Shown piece after piece: positions 18,505 through 26,209 of a stretch of DNA of 27,414 bases. Below the pieces are notes generated by a model. The model was not told where the DNA came from. It worked only from the letters and a program-made list of their open reading frames with translations, and searched no databases. The stretch lies in NCBI GenBank assembly GCA_039588275.1, contig JBDHAC010000019.1:59311-86724 (forward strand). Reading direction: 5' to 3'. Made by a program: the position numbers and the translations under genes. Within the stretch, counting starts at the first letter, position 1. Each line of letters opens with the position of its first letter. Source of the stretch: Gemmatimonadota bacterium. Its GTDB lineage: Bacteria; Gemmatimonadota; Gemmatimonadetes; Palauibacterales; Palauibacteraceae.

Positions 18505-18743
18505 ATCGCCGAAAAGCAGGTCGCCGGCGCCCGTCCGCGACCTGCTTGACCGCGACGAGCTCACCGTAAGGTGGGCGTCGTCTCCGACCGCATAGATGTC
18601 TTCGGGGCCCGGTACGGCCGGCCCGCCGGTCGCCGGAAACCCTGGGCCGGCACGCGAACGACCCGATGAGCCATTTCGCCGACTCTTTGCGCGTATAGGT
18701 CGTGAAGGGAGATCCAGAAGGTCTTACAGGAGGAAGACGGACA

Positions 18744-18857
18744 ATGCGTGATCAGAGGATTCAGCCGGTCAACACATACGGGCTCATGGCGGCGGGCGTC
18801 GCGCTCCTGCTCGCGGTTCTCGCCGCGTCACCGGTACGACTCCTCTCGAAGGGGTAG
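18744..18857 (+). CDS. 37-aa small membrane protein (not in ORF track)
   Basis: AGGAGG at 18728-18733; MRDQRIQPVNTYGLMAAGVALLLAVLAASPVRLLSKG* contains one hydrophobic helix. Confidence 0.55.
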   Translation: MRDQRIQPVNTYGLMAAGVALLLAVLAASPVRLLSKG

Positions 18858-18995
18858 CTCTGATCGAGCCGTCCCTTCGCTGCTACAGGGGACGCAGGCC
18901 CCGTCGCGAAATCGTATGTTTAGGTCTCTGACGGAATCATCGTCGAGGATGATCCCATTCGAAACCGTAACGCGACCGGGCCCACCATGCATACG

Positions 18996-20135
18996 ATGTC
19001 CACAGACGTCCAGGCGCGGTTCCACGGGCTGAGACGACTGGTCGGAAATACCCCACTTCTCGCCATCGATTATCGGTTTCGGGGCGATCAGCGGACGCTG
19101 TTTGCCAAAAGCGAGAACCTCAACATGACGGGTAGCGTGAAGGACCGGATGGCGTTCCATATCCTCCTGCGCGCGTACGAACGCGGTACCATCGAGCCCG
19201 GAGCGCTGATCATCGAAGCGACGAGCGGCAACACCGGCATCGCGTTCTCCGCCATCGGACGGGCGTTGGGTCACCCGGTCCAGATCTTCATGCCCGATTG
19301 GATGAGCCCCGAGCGCGTGAACCTGATCCGCTCCTTTGGAGCCAGCATCCACCACGTCAGCGAGGAGGAGGGCGGATTCCTGGGCAGCATCCGAATGGCC
19401 GAAGAGCTCGCGGCGCGAACGGCGCACTCGTTCCTGCCGCGTCAGTTCGCGAACGAGCACAATTGCGAAGCCCACGAGGAGATGACCGGCCCCGAGCTCT
19501 GGTGGCAGCTCCAGGCGCACGGACATGTGCCCGACGCCCTGGTGGCCGGCGTCGGAACGGGTGGGACCGTCATGGGGGCGGGGAACTTCCTCCGAACACA
19601 GCTACCCGAAATCAAGGTCCACCCGCTGGAGCCCTCGAACTCACCGACGCTATCGACCGGGCATCAAGTCGGTCACCACCGGGTCCAGGGAATCTCGGAC
19701 GAGTTCATTCCGCCGATCGTCGACCTGGAGACCCTGGACCAGGTGATCGCGGTCGACGACGGGGATGCGATCCTGATGGCCCAGAAGCTGGCCGCGGAGC
19801 TCGGGCTCGGCGTGGGGATCTCGTCCGGCGCCAACTTCCTGGGCGCGGCCATGACCCAGGACGCCATGGGAAGGGACGCGGTCGTGGTGACGCTCTTCCC
19901 GGACAGCAACAAGAAGTACCTGAGCACGGATCTGTTGCGGGAGGAGCCCGAGAAGCCCGATCACCTGGCCCCGCACGTGGAGTTGCTGGGGTTCACGAGC
20001 TTCAACCGAGTATGTCGCACGTGCTATCAACCCTGGGAGCTCGAGGAGCTCGCCGCGGCCGGGGGGCCGGTGCCGGCGTTCTTCCGGGAGGCGGGGCGGG
20101 CGGTGGCCGAAGGCGAATCGGCTGACGACAGGTAG
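18996..20135 (+). CDS. PLP-dependent cysteine synthase family protein (CysK/CysM-like)
   Basis: [15 protein letters not shown] (PLP Lys), [15 protein letters not shown] and GISSGAN motifs. Start is 18987 or 18996. Confidence 0.93.
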   Translation: MSTDVQARFHGLRRLVGNTPLLAIDYRFRGDQRTLFAKSENLNMTGSVKDRMAFHILLRAYERGTIEPGALIIEATSGNTGIAFSAIGRALGHPVQIFMPDWMSPERVNLIRSFGASIHHVSEEEGGFLGSIRMAEELAARTAHSFLPRQFANEHNCEAHEEMTGPELWWQLQAHGHVPDALVAGVGTGGTVMGAGNFLRTQLPEIKVHPLEPSNSPTLSTGHQVGHHRVQGISDEFIPPIVDLETLDQVIAVDDGDAILMAQKLAAELGLGVGISSGANFLGAAMTQDAMGRDAVVVTLFPDSNKKYLSTDLLREEPEKPDHLAPHVELLGFTSFNRVCRTCYQPWELEELAAAGGPVPAFFREAGRAVAEGESADDR

Positions 20136-20208
20136 TCGAAGGGGCAGGATTGGCCGTCCCCGTCCAGCCGCGGGGGCCTGTCGCGGCAGCGGGCGCCCGA
20201 ACGTAAAG

Positions 20209-20242
20209 AAAAAGCCCGCGCGGGTGATCCGCGCGGGCTTTT
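20209..20242. terminator. Bidirectional Rho-independent terminator
   Basis: AAAAAGCCCGCGCGG-GTGAT-CCGCGCGGGCTTTT; U-tracts on both strands, longer on the minus strand. Confidence 0.85.
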
Positions 20243-20267
20243 CCGAAACCGGCTCTATCGTCAGACC

Positions 20268-20330
20268 TCAGGCGATCCGACTCAGGATCACCTTCGGCCG
20301 GTTCTTCGCTTGCCAGCGTCGCTTGATCAT
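20268..20330 (-). CDS. Putative 20-aa basic micro-peptide (or sRNA)
   Basis: MIKRRWQAKNRPKVILSRIA*; AAGGA lies 8 nt upstream of the ATG; bracketed by an ECF-like promoter and a terminator. Confidence 0.45.
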   Translation of the reverse strand: MIKRRWQAKNRPKVILSRIA

Positions 20331-20392
20331 TTCTCCCATCCTTGATCTATCGTTTCAGTGCGTCCCCGATTTCCGTATCAGGTGCTCACCAG

Positions 20393-20423
20393 ATAAGACG
20401 TAGGAAACGAGGAAAAGGTTTCC
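20393..20423 (-). promoter_or_regulatory. ECF-sigma-type promoter
   Basis: Minus strand GGAAAC-N17-CGTCTTAT matches the general ECF AAC/CGT consensus. Confidence 0.5.
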
Positions 20424-20665
20424 TCGATCGCCCGCGTCGCGAGCACCCCGAAGGGAGCACGAAGCATGCCACCGGGTGATCGTCCCGGCCGCCGGGTCTT
20501 GATCGAGGCGCACGACCGCGCGAAGTTAGAAAGCGCGCGAGCGGCGAGTTGTACCTGCTGGAACGGAGCTTCCCATGCGCACCTCTCCCGCATGACTTCC
20601 TTGGGGATCGTCTCACCTCCAGCCATCCCCTCAATTGCTGTTCCCGAGCGAGTCGCGGGATAGCC

Positions 20666-21586
20666 GTGGCGTACCGAACCGCGGTGCTCGCCAGTGCCCT
20701 GCTGATCGTCGTCCCCGCCACGACCGCCGGTCAGGAGATCGGCGAACGCCGTGCCGCACCGATCTCCAGGCAAGATCTGACGCGGATGCTCAGCAGCGGG
20801 ACGTACACGCCCGAGGAGATCGTTGGGATGATTCGGCGCGCCTGCCTGAGCTTCGTTCCCACAGCCACCGAGCGAGAGCTGTATCGCGGGTTGGGTGCCG
20901 ATCGGCCCGTCCTGTCGGCGATCGACGCTTGTCTTTCGCCCCCCACTCCGCCGCGGGCCCAGCCGTCGGAGTTGCCGGCGCCGCTATCCTCGCCGCCCGC
21001 GACGTTTGCCTCCGTACGGCAAGAAAGTGGCGTGGTCCGATCGCCAGCCCGGCTTCCGCCTACCGATGAGACGCCCCGGGTAGCCTCCGATGCTCCGGAG
21101 GTGTCCGATGAGGGATCCCCGGACGTAGCGGAGCGGGACGCGCCCTCGCGCACCGATTCCGTGTCCCGCGATCCGACTCCGCGCGCAGCACCTGCCGGCG
21201 ACCCGGCGGCAGAGATACGGTCGCCTCCCGAACCGCCCCTCCGCGAGCCCGATGTCGAGGCTCCGGCGCTCGCTTCGACCCCCAACACAGAGGTCGAGAC
21301 CGAGCCTCCCGCAACGACACCCGTCCCGTCGACCGAGTTGAACCGTCCGCGTTCCAGCGCTGCGGCCAGCCACTTGAGACGGCTCGCGGCCGCAGCAACC
21401 GCACGTGGAGACGCAGGGACCGCCCTGCGGATATACAGGGGCATTGTCTCGCTCGCGCCAGATGATCCGCTCGCCTGGTTCCAGCTAGGAGAAGCGCTCG
21501 CCTCGACCGGAGATCGAGACGGGGCTCGCGGGGCTTTCATTCGTGCCGCCACGCTGGACCGAGCCAAGAGGCGAACGCGGCCCTGA
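20666..21586 (+). CDS. Exported Pro/Ala-rich protein with a C-terminal TPR
   Basis: GTG start (tentative) and signal-like segment; small domain with two Cys; low-complexity linker; TPR 'APDDPLAWFQLGEALASTGD..GA..AF'. Confidence 0.7.
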   Translation: MAYRTAVLASALLIVVPATTAGQEIGERRAAPISRQDLTRMLSSGTYTPEEIVGMIRRACLSFVPTATERELYRGLGADRPVLSAIDACLSPPTPPRAQPSELPAPLSSPPATFASVRQESGVVRSPARLPPTDETPRVASDAPEVSDEGSPDVAERDAPSRTDSVSRDPTPRAAPAGDPAAEIRSPPEPPLREPDVEAPALASTPNTEVETEPPATTPVPSTELNRPRSSAAASHLRRLAAAATARGDAGTALRIYRGIVSLAPDDPLAWFQLGEALASTGDRDGARGAFIRAATLDRAKRRTRP

Positions 21587-21757
21587 GGGTCGACGACGGC
21601 TCCCCTTCTACAGAGCGGCATGAGGGCAGTCAGATACAGTCACAGCGCACACAGCCGATTGCGCGCGGCGCCGCCCTCGACGGTTATTTGATCGGCGGGT
21701 CCGAGGGTGACATCTTCCCGTAGCTCCTTGCCACAGGGGCGAGATAAAGGTCTATCG

Positions 21758-22276
21758 ATGCGTCCTACTGCGCTCACCCACAGCGTTCTCCTCTCGCTGC
21801 TCCTGCTGGGCCCGGCGGCTCTCGCAGCCCAAAACCTGCCCGGGGGGAACCCACGAGACTATGCGGAGCGTCAGCGGCGTGCGGCGGAGGAATACCGCAG
21901 GGAGATGCTGCTCGAGGTCACGGGCACCTTCGGTCGATGGAAGAACGCTTGGGCAGAGGACGACGCCGGAGACGCGGCCGACTTCTATACCGAGGACGCC
22001 GTCATCGTCGTTCCCACGCAAAACGCCGCGTATCGAGGGAAGGCCGATGTGGAGCAGTTCCTGGAGGGCTTGCTCCCGATGGTCGGAGCGCTCTCCACCG
22101 ACATCATAGAATTCGACGCCGGGGACCGGCTCGCCTACCTCGTCGTTCACTTCTCCAGCCCTCCATCGCATGGGATCGACGGCTCGGGCGGCATGCAGGG
22201 GACTTTCGTGTCGGTCTTCCGTCTGGAAGGCCGGAACTGGAAGATCCGGTCCCAGACGTTCTTCGAGCAGGGCTGA
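21758..22276 (+). CDS. Secreted NTF2-like (SnoaL/DUF4440) protein
   Basis: Signal peptide ending ALAA-Q; 'AW...DA...ADFYTEDAVI' and 'GTFVSVFR....WKI' motifs. Confidence 0.8.
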   Translation: MRPTALTHSVLLSLLLLGPAALAAQNLPGGNPRDYAERQRRAAEEYRREMLLEVTGTFGRWKNAWAEDDAGDAADFYTEDAVIVVPTQNAAYRGKADVEQFLEGLLPMVGALSTDIIEFDAGDRLAYLVVHFSSPPSHGIDGSGGMQGTFVSVFRLEGRNWKIRSQTFFEQG

Positions 22277-22355
22277 GGCGAGCGTCAGACCCGTACCCTG
22301 GCTGCCCCCATCTGCCCGGTCTCACTCCTCGTTTCCCACCCCTTCCGACACAAGG

Positions 22356-22393
22356 CCGCCGCTAGGGACAGCGGCGGTTGAGGCGTCTATATT
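22356..22393 (+). promoter_or_regulatory. Candidate sigma70 promoter with an overlapping palindrome
   Basis: GGGACA(22365)-N17-TATATT(22388); CCGCCGCT-N6-AGCGGCGG spans the -35 element. Confidence 0.4.
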
Positions 22394-22527
22394 TGCCATG
22401 TCTGCAATCAAGGGGCACAGATGGCCGCGCCGAGCCGTCCGCCGTACCCCGTGAGGGTGCGGCCGTAGGCCCGTAGGCCGCCGAGATGACGGATCAGCGA
22501 CTTGACCGATCAAAGAGGGAGGCTCTC

Positions 22528-23775
22528 GTGAGCGTCTCACGCCGTTCATTCCTTTCCGCGTCGGCGGCGGCGCTCGCCCTGCCCGTTGCCCGATCGCGTC
22601 ATCCCGGCGGTAAGGCTGTCGAGTCGAGCAGACGCGGGCCCACGAAAGTGCGAACAGGAGCCGACCGCGCCTCGTTCGACCCCTGGCTCGAGGTGGACGA
22701 GGCGGCGCTCGCGCACAATGCGGGCGAGGTGGCCAGGATCGGTGGCAGCCGTCCCATTCTGGCCGTCGTCAAGAACAACGCGTACGGGCTCGGGATCGAG
22801 ACCGCCGGTCCAGTTCTCGACGACGTCCCCGAGATCGTCGGCTGCGCAGTGGTCAAGGCGGAGGCGGCGATCGCCCTGAGGGACGCCGGCTTCCGCAAGC
22901 CGATCCTCGTGATGGGCCTGGTCGAGGATCGCGACGCCATCGAGCTGGTCGAGAGAGAAATCCAGCTGGCGCCGTTCCACGATGAGGCCGCCGATCAGTT
23001 ACGTCGGCTGGCACAGCGGTTCCAACGTCCGATCCCCGTTCACCTCTACCTCGACACCGGCATGAGTCGCCTCGGCGTGCCCTTTCGTCGTGCGCTCCCA
23101 TGGATCCGGGGCATCGCCGAGGGTGGGCACGCACACATCGAGGGAACGTTCATGGGCTTCACCGAGGAGGACGATTTCGACCCGGTCCAACTCGCGCGCT
23201 TCTTCGAAGTGGTCGAAGCGGGGCGGGGCGAAGGGATCCGGCTGGGTAGGCTGCACGCGGCATCATCTCACTCGCTGTTCCACCGACTGGACGCGTTGCT
23301 CGACATGGTCCGGCCCGGTCTGGTGTTGTACGGAGCGTACCCAGCCGGCGCACGGGATCTGGGGCGAGCCAACCTGCGGCCCGCGTTCCGCTTGCGCGCT
23401 CGCGTCGTGCGCGTGGAGCGCCTCGCCCCCGGCGACAGCGTGAGCTACGGACGCAACTACGTGGCCGAGAACCCTACCTGGATCGCCACGCTGCCGGTAG
23501 GCCATGCGGATGGGTATCCGCGGACCGCGGTGAACGGCTGCGAAGTCCTCATCGGGGGGGCGGTGTACCCGGTGATCGGTGCAGTGAGCGCGAGCCACAC
23601 GATCGTGGAGCTGGGCGTGGAACGCCGGGTCGAGGTCGGCGACGTCGCCACGCTGATCGGCCCCGATCACGAAGCGGTCCATCCCAACACGATCTCGGGG
23701 CGTGCGGGCGTTTCCGTGTATGACGTCCTGATGCACCTGAGCGCGGCGCTGCCGCGCGCTAGACTCCCGAGTTGA
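22528..23775 (+). CDS. Alanine racemase-fold PLP enzyme with a Tat signal peptide
   Basis: GAGGGAGG RBS before GTG 22528; SRRSFL twin-arginine motif; AVVKNNAYGLG, DTGMSRLG, VRPG and VSYG motifs. Symbol alr is withheld because the active site is divergent. Confidence 0.88.
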   Translation: MSVSRRSFLSASAAALALPVARSRHPGGKAVESSRRGPTKVRTGADRASFDPWLEVDEAALAHNAGEVARIGGSRPILAVVKNNAYGLGIETAGPVLDDVPEIVGCAVVKAEAAIALRDAGFRKPILVMGLVEDRDAIELVEREIQLAPFHDEAADQLRRLAQRFQRPIPVHLYLDTGMSRLGVPFRRALPWIRGIAEGGHAHIEGTFMGFTEEDDFDPVQLARFFEVVEAGRGEGIRLGRLHAASSHSLFHRLDALLDMVRPGLVLYGAYPAGARDLGRANLRPAFRLRARVVRVERLAPGDSVSYGRNYVAENPTWIATLPVGHADGYPRTAVNGCEVLIGGAVYPVIGAVSASHTIVELGVERRVEVGDVATLIGPDHEAVHPNTISGRAGVSVYDVLMHLSAALPRARLPS

Positions 23776-26015
23776 CGGGACTGTGCCGTGGTCAAGCTAG
23801 CGGTCCTCGAGGGTTGTGTGGCCTGTTCCTCGTGGGCCTCGCGGGCTCCTCCGGCTCGCTGGCCGCGCAGGAGGTCCCCACCACCGACCGGCCCTCGGTG
23901 CGCGCGACGCGCCTCGATCCGACGCGAGACGACCGGATCGAGCTCGACGGACTCCTGACCGAAGGCGCTTGGGGGCGCGCGCCGGCGGCGACGAGCTTCC
24001 GGCAGCGGGAGCCGGATGAGGCCGCTCCCGCGACGGAGTCGACCGAGATCCGCCTCCTGTACGACGACCAGAGCCTGTACGTAGGCGTCCGAGCTCTGGA
24101 TCGGGAGCCCGACCAGGTGATCGCGAGGATTCTCCAGCGCGATCGGCTCATGGGCTCCGACTTCGGCGGCCGCCTGCAATTCGCGGGGGACGACGGCATC
24201 GCGCTCCTGTTTGACCCGTTCCACGATCACCGGAACGGAGTGATCTTCGCCACCAACCCGAACGGGGCGAAGTACGACGCCCTGATCACCGACGAGGGCC
24301 GCGAGCTGAACAGCGATTGGCGAGGTGTCTGGCACGTGGCCGCCCGGCGCACGAACGAGGGGTGGAGCGCGGAGTTCGAGATCCCGTTCCGGACGTTGCG
24401 ATATCCGTCCGGGCCCGGGGTGGCCCCCTGGGGGTTCAACGCGTTTCGCGTCATCCGCCGAAAGAACGAGGAGACGCTATGGAGCTCCTGGTCACGCGAT
24501 AACGAGGGGTTTCACCGCGTCAGCCGCGCTGGTCACCTGGAGGGCCTCACCGACCTTCCACGTCCCGGCCTCAACCTCGAGGTGAAGCCGTACGTCCTCA
24601 CGGGCGGCACTCAGGAGCTGAACGAAGTCGGTGACAAGGATGCGGACGGACGTCTGGATGGTGGCGTCGATGCCAAGTACCAGGTGCTTCCCGGGCTGGT
24701 GCTGGATCTCACGGTCAACCCCGACTTCGCTCAAGTGGAGGTCGATGACGAGCAGGTGAACCTCACCCGCTTCGATCTCTTCTTTCCCGAGAAACGCGAC
24801 TTCTTCCTAGAGAACGCGGGCGTATTCGAATACGGCGTGCGAGGGTTCGGGGAACCCCCGCCCTTCCTCCTCTTCTTCTCCCGCCGCATCGGCATCTCGG
24901 ACGGAAGCGAGGTGCCGGTCTATGGAGGGGTGCGCCTGACGGGCAGGGTGGGTGGTCAGACCGTGGGGCTTCTCAACGTCGTCACGGACGTCGCAGACGG
25001 AGCGTCGGCGGCGAACCACGCCATCCTGCGCTACAAGCGCGACTTGGGGGGCAGCGGGTACGTGGGCGCCATGCTCACCGACCTCAGACGGGGCGACTTC
25101 TGGAACACGGCAGCCGGCCTGGACGTCTCGTTGTGGCCGACCTCCGCCCTGAACCTCCAGGGCTTCCTGGCCGCCACCGCGACTTCCGGGGTTGGGGGAG
25201 ACGACGAAGCGTACCGCCTGATGGTGGACTATACGGGAGACTGGATCGGGTTCTTCGTGCAGCACCTGTTCATCGCTCCCGAGGCGAACGCCGAGCTCGG
25301 CTTCATCACGCGGACGGACATACGGAAATCGGACGGCCTCCTCCGACTCACCCCCAGACCGCAGGTGCTGGGTCTCCGTAAGATCGACCTGATGTTCTCC
25401 GGCGATCACATCGTGAAGTCGGACGGGACGCTCCAGGACTGGACCGTGAGCCCATGGGTCTCGCCGGAATGGAACAGCGGCGAATCGCTGCGGTTTTCGT
25501 ATGCACGGGGGTTCACGCGTCTGGACGAAGGGTTCGGCCTGGCGGACAGCGTGAGCGTGCCGGCCGGCGATTACGACAGGTGGGAGCTAGGCTTGGACGG
25601 CGAGACGAGCGCGAACCGCGCGGTCGCGTTGGGCGCTCACGCCTCGTATCAACGCTTCTTCGACGGCAGGCTGGTGTCGGTGGGGGGAACGCTGTCGCTC
25701 GCCCCCGGCTCCCATCTGAGCGCGGATATCGGCTTCAGGCATAACGATGTCGGAATCCCCGGAGGCGAGTTCACCGTGAACATCGCGTCCGTGCGCCTGC
25801 GGTACGCCTTTACGACGACCCTGACCGCGAACGCGCTCCTCCAATACAACAGCCTCGACCGGCGGGTATCCGCGAACGTACGGCTTAACCTCATCCACCG
25901 TCCCGGCAGCGATCTGTTCATCGTTTTGAACGAGGAACGTGGCTCCGATGATTCCGCGTGGGACTTCCGGAGCCGCGGGCTGGTCGCGAAGCTCACCTAT
26001 CTCGTGAGGCTCTAA
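23772..26015 (+). CDS. CBM9-like plus DUF5916-type probable outer-membrane protein
   Basis: Signal peptide ending LAA-QE; 'IELDGLLTE.AW', 'GWSAEFEIPF.TLRY' and 'TVNPDFAQVE.D...VNLTRFDLFFPEKRDFFLE' motifs; beta-strand-rich C-terminus; TTGA overlap with the upstream stop. Confidence 0.85.
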   Translation: MTGLCRGQASGPRGLCGLFLVGLAGSSGSLAAQEVPTTDRPSVRATRLDPTRDDRIELDGLLTEGAWGRAPAATSFRQREPDEAAPATESTEIRLLYDDQSLYVGVRALDREPDQVIARILQRDRLMGSDFGGRLQFAGDDGIALLFDPFHDHRNGVIFATNPNGAKYDALITDEGRELNSDWRGVWHVAARRTNEGWSAEFEIPFRTLRYPSGPGVAPWGFNAFRVIRRKNEETLWSSWSRDNEGFHRVSRAGHLEGLTDLPRPGLNLEVKPYVLTGGTQELNEVGDKDADGRLDGGVDAKYQVLPGLVLDLTVNPDFAQVEVDDEQVNLTRFDLFFPEKRDFFLENAGVFEYGVRGFGEPPPFLLFFSRRIGISDGSEVPVYGGVRLTGRVGGQTVGLLNVVTDVADGASAANHAILRYKRDLGGSGYVGAMLTDLRRGDFWNTAAGLDVSLWPTSALNLQGFLAATATSGVGGDDEAYRLMVDYTGDWIGFFVQHLFIAPEANAELGFITRTDIRKSDGLLRLTPRPQVLGLRKIDLMFSGDHIVKSDGTLQDWTVSPWVSPEWNSGESLRFSYARGFTRLDEGFGLADSVSVPAGDYDRWELGLDGETSANRAVALGAHASYQRFFDGRLVSVGGTLSLAPGSHLSADIGFRHNDVGIPGGEFTVNIASVRLRYAFTTTLTANALLQYNSLDRRVSANVRLNLIHRPGSDLFIVLNEERGSDDSAWDFRSRGLVAKLTYLVRL

Positions 26016-26209
26016 GGGGCCTCGAGGCTGCCGACGTCTCGCACTCGACGGCGGCGAGGAGGCGCAGCGGGGTGTGGCCGGATGCAGTGCAGACTTCTTA
26101 TCATGCAGGCAGACCCGGATCGCCCGTCCAAGGCCGTTCCCATTCCGACCCCGGAGCGTCTCGAGATTGAGACGCCCTTTTAGATACCCAGCACGGGGGG
26201 AGTACGGCC

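Noticed and set aside
22398..22454. Leader peptide MSAIKGHRWPRRAVRRTP
   Set aside because: No SD, the ATG is only 4 nt from the candidate -10 (too close for a leaderless start), and there is no regulatory codon run.
26156..26175. GCGTCTC-N6-GAGACGC inverted repeat sharing GAGAC with the 5.8-kb box
   Set aside because: Such short motifs are expected by chance at this GC content, and the arrangement differs (inverted versus direct).
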